A stretch of 64,000 nt of DNA from Orbicella franksi (GCA_964199315.1 OZ116708.1:6138001-6202000), one strand, 5' to 3'. Shown: positions 24,001 through 39,000, counted from the stretch's first letter. Program-made: numbers and translations. The notes: a model not told the origin generated them from the letters alone.

Positions 24001-27000
24001 GAAATGAGTTGTACAAAAATGATTTAAATTGTAGCATGGAAAGGGCCACAAAGGAAGTACCATAAAGGCGAAAGGCAAAAAGCGAAGAAGAATCACCAGG
24101 ACTGATCAATGGATGAAAATGCGTAGAATTAAATGACGGGTTAGTTTGGTACATATGATCAAATGAAACCTTTTTTATTTTTATTTTTTATTTTTTTCTC
24201 ATTTCTGTTCTAGTTAATAATATAATTATGCGGAATAACAAACAAATTAGACTTAAATTGTCAAAACATACTACGACCTAGCTCATTAACATGGCGGGAT
24301 TCCTCTTTGCAGCACAACACCTTACCTCCTTGACAAATTAAGGGGTCTGCAGGATTCAATTGTACTCCTTCTGGACAAGAGCACTGATAACCTTGTGGAT
24401 TTGGAAGACAAAGGTGACTGCATCCTCCATTTGACTGAGAACAGTTGGTGGATCCTACACGACCAGAAAATTAATTATATTATTCTAATTTGCGTTCTAG
24501 AGATTTAGTCGTTGCCATACTCCTACATCTTTGAGTATCGTGCAAAGCCAACTTTCAGCTGGATCTAGGTTTCAAATTGACATATATTCTACCTCGACCT
24601 TTTCTTCCCGGCATTTATGCAGTTTTGTAATTTTCACACTATCATAGGACAAAGATCTACATTATGTCAACTACAGTGCGGTTTTCAATTTAGTGTCGTA
24701 AAACCAAAACCAAGCCAATTACTTACTAATTAAACTAGTCAGCCAATGTCAAACCTTAGTACAAACCAAAAAATGCCTGATTACTTAGCTTTCGATGCTA
24801 AATTGAAAACCTCTCTAACCGGAATTGAATTATCTTTTATTAAATACGGCCGTCTGACATCAAGAAGTTACAATTCAGTTGGTTTTTGTCGCCAGTATTC
24901 ATTTTCTCCTTGAAAACCGTTTTAAATTACACAACTTGCCGTCAGCTTTCAGTAAAGGTTACCTACTACCTCTCCATAACAACGCCGCCTAGAAAAAAAA
25001 GCTGTGGAGAACTAAACTGAACATGCATACCGTTAAAAGTTTCAGTGTGGTCATAACTGTGAAGCTCCATTAGGGTTCCCATTCCACGAACCACGACTTC
25101 TGTTACAGAAGATGTCATGTTGTATTTGTGAATGCTTCGGCTGTTCCAATCAGACCAGTACAGAACGTCATTGTATAGAGCGAGTCCAAAAGGGTGCATA
25201 TCAAATGATAAATCCAGCATCAGTGTTCGGTTATTTCCTTGTAGGCCCACCCTCTCAATCCTATCGAGGTTCGCATCGCACCAGTACAGCATCCTACTTT
25301 GGTAATCCATAGCGAGCGAGTTCACCCACACAAGTCCGGAGCTAACAAGAATTGTCCTGTTAGAACCGTCCATGTTAGCTTGTTCAATCTTTGACGATGA
25401 TCCCCGACTGCCCCAATAGATCTTTCTGAAAGAACAATTTAACGTTTTCTTATAAGTCATTGTACAGAGAGAGTGTCCTACAATAGTTTCACGATACAGA
25501 TATTGTATTCAAGTGCAAATGATAATATCTTTCAAGTTTTTTCTTTTCATATTATACATATCGATAGCCCGAGCAAGTTCGATTTGCCACTAGATATCTG
25601 GATATTTGCAAATGAATCTCCCGAAAATCTCTTAGAGACTGCCAAATACCCTCCGTACACAACCTGCCTTTTCCAGACTTACCACCATTCTCCACGTAGC
25701 CCGACTCAGTAGCTATAAGAGAGACTTAACCTAATAATATTGTTCTGTATGAAATATCCACATTTATAAATTGAACCGAATAAACGTCTGAGTAAATACG
25801 TATTACCGTGGCTTCTTAGATTACCTTTCTGCAATGTCGAGTAGTATAGCTCTTGGCTGTTCAATGCTTGATGTGATTAGACCCCTTCTAGACGACCCAT
25901 CTAACTTTGCCACCTCAATTCTACTTGTTCCCTCATCTGTCCAGTAAATATTACGTCCAACATAATCTACTGCCAGTCCTCCAGGAGTAGTAACATTAGT
26001 GTGCGCGATGACTTTGACTGAAGACCCGTTAGGAAATGAACTGGCCACCAGTTTTAACGTCACATCTGTCCAATAAACCTTTCCTTCGACCGGATCGTAA
26101 TCAACAGCCACGGGCCTTGATATGTTTGTGTTGATTCCAAGCGGATAGCAAGGGGCTTCTGGTATTTGAAGAGGAACTTTGTAAATTTCTTCCGCATCCG
26201 CTTCAGCAAAGATGATAAATTTATTGGAAGTTATCTTGTGAAACAGTTCTTGGACAAAGAATGAAAACGGTGTGAGTATGCGTGAGTATGCGAGATATCT
26301 AAATATTGACAACCAGTCAGTTGGTCTTACTCAATGCACATGCCAAACCAACTGGTACCGGGAAAAAATACGAAAGAACCAAGGATATTTCTTCTCATAT
26401 TGGTAATAGCAGTAGATCGTTCTCACCATAATTACAGCTTTTTCCATCGGACTTGAGTTGAATGCCTGTTGGACATGCGCACTGATATCCTCCTGGATTT
26501 AAAAGACACAAATCACTGCAGAGGCCATTGTTTTGAGCGCAAGCATGGGAACCTGAAGATGCAAAACAAACACTTTTTATCTTACCGACTCAGTAAGTGG
26601 CAGAGAAAAAAAATCACAAAACTTCTTATGAAGTGATACTTGGAGATAAGATATTAACAAGATACCTGAAAATATCAAGGCTGGATCAAATACGTGAATA
26701 TCCATAGGTTTTTGAAGGCCATTGATTACGACTTCCTGGTTTCCACTGCTTAAGTTGAAACGTGAAACGCTCTTGGTATTCCAATCAGTCCAGTAAAGCA
26801 TGTCCTGATACACCGCTAGTCCATAGGGATGAATATTAGCTGCAGATGACATGATTAACTGTCTGTTTCCTCCATCGAGGTCTGATACCTCGATTTTGTC
26901 AAGTTTAGCGTCAGCCCAAAACACGCGATTTGTCGCTTGGTGGATAGTGAGTCCATTTGGCCAGACAAGGCTTCCTGTTACAATGGTTCGCCTCGCTGAG

Positions 27001-30000
27001 CCATCCATCCCAGCTTGTTCGATCTTCGGATTGGCGCCCCAGTCTGTCCAATACATCATGCTGAAAGCAACCCAACGGAATCCTAACATAACTGCATCTT
27101 TAAAACTTACTACACTCTTGTTTTTTTATAACAGAACATTTAATAAGTATATCGAGGTTAAAAGCAGCGAAATATTTAGAATATTTTAAGAATAAACCCG
27201 AGGCTGCGATTTTGAAAAAAAGTACTGTTTTTTTTTTGCTGAAAATTTGTAAATTATGTTCATTTTTTAACTCAACTATGTAAATTCTGCCTAGCTTTCG
27301 GTAAAGAGTGAAGATAGCCAAAAGGAAAACAATAAAACAAAACAGTGCTAGCCCTTTGTTCGATGCTAACAACATTTCTGGCTTTATTGCCTTCAGTCTG
27401 GCTTCAAGCTTACTCCAACAGTACTTAAGTCCCGTCAAAGTGTCGCAGGCTAAGAATATTCACAAAAATATTTTCAGTCCAAAATCAGGAGAATATGAAT
27501 AGTTAAATATGAATAGTTAAATATGAATAGTTAAATATGAATAGTTAAATATAAATAGTTAACTATGAAAAATCAGGCGGGCCAGGACAGAAAAACAATA
27601 TCTTTGTTGTAATTCGTTTTGCTATATTCAGAAAAATTCTACGACGAATTTGTAAATACCCAGGAGATACGTTGACATATTTTCAGAAGTCCGTAAGTGT
27701 GATATATAAATTACTTCATGGAAAGTGCGCGCATACGGTATTTACGCACGAGTTGTTGAACTATCAGAAAACGGAAGAGTCAGCGTAGCTAACGAGTGAG
27801 AATTCTGATACAAAAACAACGAGTGCGTAAGTACCGTACAAAGCACTTTTCATGCTGTAATTTGTTTATTTAATGCATACTGAGATTTTCATTTTCAACT
27901 TTCTAATAAAATTTATTTGCTTTTTTATTCAGTAGAACAATACTCAAGTTATGTTTTTATTCAATCTAGACGCAAGCACTGTGTCGCTTCTCCGAAAGCC
28001 TTTCGAACAGAGTGTTTACCTCTTCATCAGTCGACGCTTCAGCTGCTTTTGAATTGTTTTCTTTGCCTTAATTGTTTTTTTTTTTAGTTGTTTGCTTCAA
28101 GCTTCTAGATATTTCTTTGCTTGGTAAAATTCTTTGTCGTCGATAATGCTTACGGGATAATTGCCTTCTTTAAAAACCGGCTAATACTTGAAAAGAGCCC
28201 TCGAAGGCTTGGTAGATAGATAGATAACTTTATTTCAACTCGAATTGATGAGGCTGATTAGGCCTCTAATGGCTCTTGGTGGCTCGTAATCCTCGCCATC
28301 TTTTCGTTTGACTTTAAAATAAATTCCCACAGGTATTTGTTAAGTTTATCTGGTTTGACTTCTTCAACTTTTCTTGTCTATTTTTTCTGTTTGAGGAATA
28401 GGCTAAAGCAAGCCAACTTCGAGCCAGGTGTTTGCCCTAGCGCATTTGTTCTGCTGTTCTTCAGTGGGTTCACCTAAAGAGATAAACCTATTCGAACTTT
28501 CCGCCATTCAAAGATTGTCTGTGGTTCATTGCTAATTTGCAAGAAACTTGTGTAAACTTGTGGAAACTCTGCAAACTTTCATGAAGGAATATTGAAGGGA
28601 CGCCAAAAGCAATGTGACGCGCTGCGAACTAACTGATTCATTTTGACAGCTAATTTCTGATTGGATGAAACGGTTTTCCCACGCGCGTGGGAGAAAGACG
28701 TTTCGCTATTCCCATTGGATAAAAAAAGTTCCGGATGGGTTTTTAATGCGAATGGATCTATCTGAAAATAAAGACAAGATGTTCACAATTTAGTTGAATT
28801 TGGTTCTGGGATGTAAAGGTTTCGGATCAATCGACTCCAGCAATAGACGATCGGAACTGTCGTTCAAAGTTCGCAGGAAATTTGTCTTCCTTGAAATTTT
28901 GTTCTTCGCCAACATTCTTCGAATTTCCCCTACGTTCATCGCAACTGTCTTTGCCGGTTATCGGCTACCAGCTATTTATAAAGAATCCTGTTAATACAAA
29001 GTTTATTTTGCGTTTACTTGCCCAGTACCAACCGGTCTTTTTTCTTTATTTTTTCTCTCTATATATCCCCTTAGGTGTTTTTTAACTTGGCTGCCTATTG
29101 GTTTGATGTCACATTCAGATTATATTTTTTTCGAAGGGAATGTGTACCGGATAATATGTAGGCATGTAATGCCACTCATCGCTCCCGCCCAAATTGGCTT
29201 TCGCAAACCAGGCCAGAAGCGATGACAAGCGGCTCAAGCTAGAGAGCTTGGGAAGCCCCATTAAATATCTTACTTTTGTCTGTTAATGGAGAGGCTAGAA
29301 GTTACTTTGCAGTCTAATCGCATTTGACTTACCCATTTCTCTCATCAAGCAAGATCGCTCTCGGCTCATCAAGTCCATCTTTGATCAACAGTTTCCTGCT
29401 TGTTCCATCAAGCCAAGCCACTTCAATCCTATTGGTCCCTGTATCAGTCCAATAAATGTTTCGTCCCACATGGTCGATGGCTAAGCCGTCTGGAGTTTGT
29501 ACATTACAGCGAAACAACATCTTCACTGAAGTTGCGTTAGAAAAAGCGCTGATGATACGACCTTGCGCAACGTCCGACCAGTACACCCGATCTTCGAGAG
29601 GGTCATAGTCCAATGCAATAGGATGCTGATTTCCAAGGTGAATAAACAACGTTTGCGCGACGAAATAGCTGACGTCCAAGGAAATTTTCTTAGTGGATTG
29701 GTCGGCGGCATCAGCAAAGAGAAGAAACTTGTTCACCTCTACAATTTAAGTGACATGCAAGGTTATTATACGGTTTAAAAAGTCCTAACTTATAGGCATT
29801 ATTCCGAAGTGTTTTGATACTAATTATCAGAAGACATTTACTTTTGTGGGATTCCCATAGCGTTTTCAGGTGAGTTCGACCTGATCATTATTCCCAAATG
29901 GCGACCGAAACTAGTGAAGAATTGCAAATGGTAAGCACATTTTCCATTCGGATATTTCGATTGGGAATTTTAAACAACCTTTCAAAATGTTCTGTCTATT

Positions 30001-33000
30001 TTTGAAATTTTCCGGTTGGTCGAGGCAAAATTGTCTTAGCATTTATATTCTGACCAAAATTTCTGGATTTTTAAAAGGTAGTGCTAAACGGTAAACCACT
30101 CCTGTCACCAACGCTACAGGTTCTCTCCCAGCGAAGAGAGAGGCATTGTGGGAGTTAACTTCTTTGCTCAAGAACACGATAAAAGGACCCCGCAAGAGCT
30201 CGACTACGGAATAATTAATTCGGAGGATATAAGGCTAACCTTCGGATCACCGAGTATTATAGTCTTGTTGTTCATGTTTTGTTATCATGAAAAGTATGCT
30301 TTTGCTCCAGATGCCTGGCGAAAACGAAGCTTAACAGAAAAAAACTTACTGTCTTCGCATGTCTTGCCATCTTGCTTCACAGTCAAACCAGTTGGACAAG
30401 AACATTGGCTACCAGAGGATTTTGCTATACAGAAATGACTGCATTCTCCATTGTTTACAGTGCAAGGGTTTGAAGCTTTAAAAAGACATAAAAAGAACGC
30501 TTAATTTTAGCACAGTGCAGAAAACAGTTGGGGTACCGTGTTTGTAGAAACGCGGATCTCGTAGAAAAGATCACGAGCTGAAATAAGAGAATAAACTCTA
30601 AATTCTTGCAATTGTCAGTCATCAGTGTTCTTCTCCTGTGTTTCGAGGCCTAATATTGAAGCGACTGGTCGCCAAATCGGCATTAGTTACTGGGGAAAAT
30701 ACGAAGGATTCTTTCGTAATATTTGTATTACAATTTACAAAGATTGTTAAAAGATTGATTGAGACGAAGACTGGTCCCATTGAAAACATGAGTGAATTCG
30801 TGAGCCTATGATGGCCCTATAAATTTGGCCCTTTGTTTTTATTGTGACTTAATGTATCATTATTTGTTACAATGCCGGGCCCTGCTTTGATCAGCCTACG
30901 CTATACGTGGGCAGTGTAAGTTGTAATTTGTTAGGGAAATAAATAAAACTGTAATAAACTGTAAGAAAACTGTATAAATACCCGAAGGTTGACGGGAGCT
31001 GTCGTATGGTACAATACCCATAGGCTGTCCGCCATTGACACTGAAACTTCGTAGCACGTGTCCAGTGGCAGCGTCCAACTGACGAATCTCTTTTTGTGCA
31101 ACCCAGTCAGTAAAAAACAGGAAAGGAGGAATTAGCGCAACGTCAAACGGATGTAAGTACTGTTGCTGATAAAGAAGCTTTCTGTCGTTGCCATTGTAGT
31201 CGACGGATTCCACCCTGTCATGTCCTGCATCCACCCAAAATATTCGTTTATTTCCTCTGTCAAGCTCAATACCATTGGGCCAATGAAGATTGGTTGTTAC
31301 GATGGCGAGTCTTTGGCTACCGCTAAGCGAAGCTCGTTCGATTTTGGGATTAACTCCCCAGTCCGTCCAGATCATTAAGCCGCTATCCAGATCCAGGTTT
31401 ATTGCTCTGGGCTCATCAAGGCTGAATGAAATTAACCTACGTTGGTTATTACCATCTAGGTCTGATACTGATATGGTATCATGCGTCGTATCAGTCCAAT
31501 ACAGCTCTAATGCTCTCCAATCCACCGCCAATCCATCACAAACTCCAATACCAGTGATAATTGTAGTCGTGCTTGCGACGTCAATGCGGAAACGTTTGAT
31601 ATTTTGTTCTGTTACATCACTCCAGAATATGTAACCCAAACTGAAATGGACATCTATGGCAACAGCTCGTGTTAAACCCGAAATTATGGAACGAGCTGCT
31701 CCAGTTTTGTAGTCGATGGCTAAAATATCCGAAGTGTTTGATGCCAACAAACATGGTGGACTGCATAAAGTGGCTACAAACCGAAAAGAATAAGATAAAA
31801 GTGAAGTAAAATGTATCGAGCTGTATCGAAACTGACACATGGTGATATTTAAATATTTTCTAGTGATTGAAAAATAAATTAATTAAATAAAAACCGACAT
31901 GACAACGTTCCTTGTTCACTTTGGCCACACGTCTTAAGTAGCCAATTAAAATGTAAAAACTACGAGGTGCAAATTTGTAAAATTTGACATTTGCGTTCTG
32001 TTAATCAGCTGACATCTCCGCTTCGCACAGATCTTTCAATTTCATCAGCTAGCTTCAAAAAGCCATTAGAAAGTTATCAAAAAGATGCCAAAGTAGTCAA
32101 ACTCGCCACGTAGATGCCTAATTAGTGAAAAGCTTTCCGAAAAAAGCTGTCGCCATAATGAGAAAATCATCATCTCAACTATAATCGCTATATTTGCCAT
32201 GGTTTATTGTATGAATACAATCTGAAGCCATGCCTTATAGCCAGCTCACTTAAAATATCAACTTATTTTATTTCATTATGGCCCGGCACATATTCTCATT
32301 CTAACAATAGTTTCGTTACTCTATTAGACTATCGGGTCTTGCTACATTGATTTATTGGCGGCAGATTAATTTGAACAAGGTTTCATTTTGGGTATCGACA
32401 CGATGTATGTTTCGCCTCTTACTTTGACAAAAAGGCGATTCTCCACTCCAAGTTCCGTTTTCCCGGCATTGCCTAACCGACGATCCAATTAAGTAGAAGC
32501 CTTTATCGCAAGAAAAATTACATTGAGTATTGTAAGGTTCCGGTACCAAGTCGGTACAGCCGGTCTTAACTCCATTTGCTGGACCTTGAAGAGTTGGGCA
32601 TCTTACAACTAAGAGAAATAAAAGATGAAAGATATTGCACATAAGGTTTGGGAACGCTTCTTATTCGTTTACGGTATAAACGCTTCTCTTCTAATATCAC
32701 CTTGTTTTATAGTACATGTGTATATTATACATATGTATTTCTTGTTTATCATACTTTGGCAATATGACGTTTGTCCACTCCAAGACCCGTTTTCTAGGCA
32801 TCGCCTTACTGGTGAGCCAGTCAGATTATAGCCGACATTACATGAAAAACTGCAATGTTTATCATAAGGTTCTGATGTCATGTCGCTACAGCCGGTCTTG
32901 ACACCATTTGTCGGAACTGGAAGTGACAGACATCTTATAGCTACAGTAGGAACAATATCAATGTAAAATGTTTGAGTTTCCTTGGACTTGTACGTATCGT

Positions 33001-36000
33001 ATATAAAGTTACATGACATCTTAATTGCTATGTCGCACGTGATGGTCTGCGGTTTTGTTACTATTATGCGCACGCATGCCATGTGCGCCTGTTGTTGAAT
33101 ATGAACCGCCCTGTTTGATTAAACCTTGTTGTGTTGTACCAGTTTGATTCTTTCAATTCCGCGAGACACAACAGATTGGCGACGAGGATTTAAATCCTAC
33201 GCAGCAACCAGAGAAACTTCGAGCTTTCGCCACTATGCCGATTGGAAAGATTGAAGCGTTTGATGAAACGAACGACGATTGGAACGCCTATGTGGAACGT
33301 ATAGAGCAATGCTTCATCGCCAACGAAATCAAGGACGACAAGCAAGTGGCCGTAATGCTAAGCTTAATGGGAAACAAAACGTATGGATTACTACGCAATT
33401 TGGCCGCCCCAGCCAAGCCGTCCAGCCTGTCTTTCAAGACTATCGTAGAAACACTACAGAAGCATCTGTCACCGAAACCACTGCTCATAGCAGAGCGATT
33501 CCGCTTTCACAGAAGGAACCAACTCGAAGGTGAAACCGTAAGTACTTACGTTGCTGAATTAAAGAAATTGTCGCTGTATTGTGAATTCGGAACTAACTTA
33601 AATGACGCGTTAAGAGATAGACTAGTGTGTGGACTACACAATGAACTTATCCAGAAACGACTGCTCTCCGAGCCAGATTTGTCATTGGCCAAAGCGTCAG
33701 AAATTACCTTAGCGATGGAAGCGGCAGCGAAAGACACACTAGAATTGCAGGGTAACATTAATAAAGAGTCTGAAGTCAACAAAATAAGCAAGGATAGCGA
33801 AAGAGTTCCAAAAGGGAACGATGATGTCAAATCAAAATCTCATTGTTATCGATGTGGGGGTAGTACACACGAGTCAGCCGAGTGTTACTTCAGGAATGAA
33901 ACATGCCAAAAATGTGGGAAACTAGGCCATATCCAAAGAGTATGCCGCTCAGGAAAGAGTCAGAACTCTACACGAAGACCAAGGGACGAGAACCCCAACC
34001 TTCACTCGTTCGAGGTAGATGATGAGCGCGATGATGATAGCTTGGTGGCATCCCTAGAAGTCAACAATGTTAACCATGGAGTAGTTGGTGACGTCATCTG
34101 GGTGACACCAAAAGTTAACGACCACACACTGAAGATGGAGCTAGACACAGGTTCAGCGATATCTACACTCCCCTTGGAGACGTACAAGGAAACCTTCCCA
34201 AACACACCTCTGGCTGACACTACCGCTATTTTGAAAACCTACTCAGGAGAGAAGATAACACCAGAAGGCAAACTACTTGTTCGCGTGGAACACAACAACG
34301 AAGTCAAGGACTTAACATTATATGTAGTGAAAACACAAGGGCCGGCGTTGTTCGGAAGAGATTGGCTACACCAGATACAACTCGATTGGAAAAGGATCTG
34401 TGCTATTTCAAAAGAACAGCCGACACAAGACACCCAGAAGAAATTAGAGAGACTCATAGGCGACTATAGTGAAATGTTTACGGATGAAATCGGCACATTT
34501 CAGTCAGCCAAGGCGAAACTCGCGTTGAAGGAAGGCAGTCAACCAAAGTTTTGTAAAGCAAGGCCTGTCCCATACGCCATGAAACCTAAGGTCGAGGTGG
34601 AGCTGAAACGTCTAGAAAAAGAAGGCATATTGCACAAGGTCAAATTCAGCGACTGGGCGACGCCTATTGTGCAAGTTGCCAAATCAAACGGCACAGTTTG
34701 AATTTGTGGCGACTATAAGATCACAGTTAACCCCCAGCTTCAGACAGAGGAGTACCCACTCCCACGCATCGATGACATATTCGCTAAGCTGGCAGGAGGG
34801 CAGAAATTCACCAAGATTGACCTCAGACAGGCCTACCATCAGATGGAAGTGGAGGAAGAGTCACAAGAGTACTTGACGATTAACACCCACCAGGGGTTGT
34901 ACCGATACAACCGCCTGGTATTCGGGGTCACTTCAGCCCCAGCAATTTGGCAGAGATCTATGGATCAAATCTTAGAGGGGGTCGAAGGAACTAGTTGCAT
35001 CTTAGACGACATGATTATCACAGGAAAAGATGACAAAGAGCACCTTGACAATCTGGAGGAAGTACTGAAGAGGCTACAGGCAAATGGCCTACGAGCAAAC
35101 CGCGAGAAGTGCGAGTTTTTCCAGACGAAGATCACTTATTGTGGACACGAAGTAGATCGGCACGGATTACACAAGACTCAAGAGAAAGTTCATGCAGTTG
35201 TTAATGCCCCAAGACCAGAGAATGTCCAGCAACTCCGTTCATTCTTAGGCCTGGTAAACTACTACCATAGGTTCTTGCCAAACCTTGCCACCACACTCAA
35301 TCCCCTTAATGGACTCTTGGAGCAAGGAAAACGATGGAAGTGGACCACAGAGTGCGAGGAGGCCTTCCACTCAGTAAAGAAGCTGATCACATCAGATATG
35401 GTGCTCACCCATTATGATCCAGGACGGCCATTGAGACTAGCCTGTGACGCCTCACCAGTCGGAATTGGGGCAGGTTTATCGCACATCATGGAGGATGGCT
35501 CAGAGCGACCCATAGCCTTCGCATCACGTACCCTAACCAAAGCAGAAAGGAACTACTCCCAAATTGATAAAGAAGCCTTAGCCTTGGTTTGGGAAGTCAA
35601 GAAATTCCACCTTTACCTGTTTGGTCGTCACTTCACACTCGTGACAGATCATGAGCCCCTGACCTCAATTTGTAATCCCAGGAAAGGAATACCAGCAATG
35701 ACAGTTGCTCGCTTGCAACGTTATGCGTTGTTTCTAGCAGGGTTTGAGTACACTATTGAGTACAAGAACACAACCCAACATGGAAACGCGGATGGATTGT
35801 CACGCCTACCTCTAAAGAAAGCCTCTGACAAGGAAGTAGTTGACCCAGTGGAGAGTATCCCAGATAGAAGTGCTGCCAGTCAATGCAGATATGATCCGTC
35901 AAGCAACTCAGGAGAGATCCGGTTTTGTCACGTGTGATGGAAAACACAAAGCAAGGGTGAGAAGGAGAAGGAGCTGGAACCATTTTAGAGGAGGAAAGAT

Positions 36001-39000
36001 GAGCTCACCATACAGGATGGCTGCCTCATGTGGGGCTCACGAGTAATAATCCCACCCAAGCACCAGGCACAACTGTTAGCTGAGCTCCATGAAGGCCACC
36101 TTGGAATTGTTAAGATGAAGGCCTTAGCCAGGAGCTACATGTGGTGGCCAGGGATGGACAAAGCAATTGAAGAAGTAGCAAAAGGGTGCACTGGTTGTCA
36201 ACTTACCCAGAACAACCGTAAGACCGCTCCACTTCACTCATGGGAGTGGCCAGCACGACCATGGCAACGCATCCACATTGACTTTGCTGGCCCATTCTTA
36301 GGAACTATGTTTCTGATTGTTGTAGATGCACATTCTAAATGGCCAGAAGTGATACCGATGACTACTACAACTGCCAGCAGAACAGTTGAGGAACTAAGAA
36401 AGCTCTTTGCCACACGCGGCTTGCCAGAACAGCTTGTAAGCGATAATGGACCTCAATTCATAGCAGATGAATTCGGAGATTTCATGAGAAGTAATGGTAT
36501 TAAGCACATTAAGTCAGCTCCGTACCACCCAGCCACAAATGGAATGGCTGAACGTTTTGTACAAACATTCAAGCAAGCTCTCCGCGCAGCACTGACGGAA
36601 AAGAAATCTATCTCTTGGAAGCTGGCAAACTTTTTGCTGGCCTACAGATCAACCCCACATGCCTTGACTGGAGAGACACCAGCCATGCTCCTCATGGGGA
36701 GAAACATCAGGACAAGGCTTGATATACTGAAGCCTAACTTACGGAAGCGAGTGGAAGACAAACAGCAAGATCAAGAGTTACGGTCAAGTCACAGCCCTGC
36801 CAGAAAGCTAGAGTTAGGCCAAGCTGTAGTTGCCCGAAACTACAGAGCTGGAAACAAGTGGGTTCCGGGGATCATCATCACAGCTCACTCAGGACCCTTG
36901 CCCTATGAAGTCAAGGTCGCACCCAATACAGTATGGCGACGGCATGTTGATCAACTCAGAGAGTCTGCAGTGACTCCAAACTTTAACAAGGAACAGTATA
37001 CACCGCAACTAAACCCAGCGGTGTTGGCAGCAACACCACAATCAGCAAGTAGTGTGGAGAATGAAGAATTACAGGCTACCACTATGAGTGGCATGGAGGA
37101 ACCATTAACCAAAGATACACATGTGGACAACACCCCTGACAACCCTCCCAGCAGCCAAAGCGAGACCGTGGTTAGCAGTCCGGCAACACCACCATGCAGA
37201 CGTTATCCCCTTCGGCTACGGAAGCCACCAGAGAGACTGAACTTGTAACTGCAGTGAACTTGTGCGTTATTAAAAGATTGTGATTTAAGGGGGGGAGGAA
37301 TGCTATGTTGCACATGGTTATGCGGTTTTGTTACTATTATGCGCACGCATGCCATGTGCGCCTGTTGTTGAATATGAACCGCCATGTTTGATTAAACCTT
37401 GTTGTGTTGTACCAGTTTGATTCATTCAATTCCGCGAAACACAACATTAATAACGTCATTTGACAACAGAATGAACGTAAAAAATGCAACAGTAACAAAT
37501 TGCTAACAACTTTTGTGTTAAGAAATACTGTAAAATCCTCTTCAAATACTCGCTATTATGGGGGACGGCGTTTATAATTGTTCGTTACAGGCTAAAAGTC
37601 AACATTGATTGTTTTTAGAGTAGAAAAAATAAACGCCATTCGCGAAAGACGCAGGGGTAAGTTGTTTATGACTTTTTGATTCAAAGTAGTTGAAATGACA
37701 ACACATGACGAAACAGAAATCTACATATTGTAACATTCAAAAATATATATTTCTTGAATTCTTCGAAGTTATATTGTTTTTCGCGCACCTTCGCAGCTAG
37801 GCAAAGGATTGTCCCAGTATCCTGGAGGTTTGTTACCGGGGGCAACACAAGTCACCGTTGATGATCCATTCAAACGATAACCAATCGTACAAGAAAAGTT
37901 ACATGTTGATCCAAAATGATTGCCACACATGCCCATACGCAGTGCAAGTCCTGGATTCACTGTCAACGAGGTGCAATTGATCACTGTTGAAATATACGAC
38001 AAACATATTAGCATCATTTCTTGTCTTAGTTAGGAGCACTTCTTCTATTCCCATATCTTAGCTTAACTTGCATGTTTACTAAACCGCCACTACAAACATA
38101 AAACTGGCGAGTATATATGCATGGTCTGCAGTAGTCCTTGTAAATGATGTTTATGCTTTTATATACACACATGCATATGAGTTAACTGAAAAAAATTGGT
38201 ATCATTTTTACCTCTGACATCAATAGTAAAGGTGCAAGTAGCCTTGTTTCCTGACTGGTCAGCGGTAGTGTATGTGATTACGTGAGTTCCCTGGCTGAAT
38301 CTTTCAAACGGTTTGTGATTTGATGACATGGTAAGCAGAACTCCTGAGTTGTCAGTAGCAACTGGCTCGGTCCAGTTAACTTCTGCTGAGAACAGACCTC
38401 GTTCTGCATACACTACTAACGGACTTGATGGACATGTCGCATTGAACGTCGGAGGAAGAATGTCTGTAATGCGGATGAGCTCTTCATTAACGAAGAAGAC
38501 AAATTGACCATTATATTATCATATTCATCCATGTATGTCTTATTCGTGGAATTATCGTTTTTGATAGGCTCTTCTCCAGACTACAGTGTATTTGCTACGC
38601 AATTGGGCAACGACTACATGAGGTCAGTAGCCATGCAAATTTGTCTCATCTGCTAGCTACCAAAAGTCATTAGGAAGTTGTCAAAATAATGCTAAAGTTA
38701 GTCAAACGTCTTCAAAAAGATGCCTAATTGGTCAAAAATTGTACGAAAAAAAGTTACCAAAATAATACGAAAAACTCTGTCAAGTAGCAGAGGTCATGCC
38801 ATGCATCTTTACTGTGGCCACATATTCTCCTTCTAACAAAAGTTTTGTCACTCTTTCATATAATCAGGTTTTGGTGTCATGCTTTATTGGCGGCAGATTA
38901 ACTTAAACGAGGTTTCATTTTGAATATCAACGATGTATGTTTCGCCTCTTACCTTGACAAATAGGCGATTCTCCACTCCAAGTCCCGCTTTCCCGGCACT

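Larger units (their letters stand above)
33026..37446 (+). mobile_element. Ty3/Gypsy LTR retrotransposon (Mag-like), full length but disabled, in intron e31-e32, antisense to the host gene
   Basis: TG..CA LTRs; PBS TGGCGACGAGG at 33,177; PPT AAGGGGGGGAGGAA at 37,287-37,300; TTAAT TSD; gag-PR-RT-RH-IN order. Confidence 0.97.
23186..38620. repeat. segmental duplicate, copy 1 (includes the LTR insertion)
   Basis: Exons and introns align to 41,015-52,310 at a constant offset of ~17,833-17,852 bp until the LTR insertion. Confidence 0.9.

Noticed and set aside
28024-28030. CTGATGA on the minus strand as a second hammerhead core
   Set aside because: There is no correctly placed GAAAC/NUH, and it falls within the Crypton-like coding relic (TDEEV).
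28794-28994. ORF conserved in both duplicates (also 30,148 vs 48,000)
   Set aside because: The conservation simply reflects the recent segmental duplication, and no protein motif was recognised.
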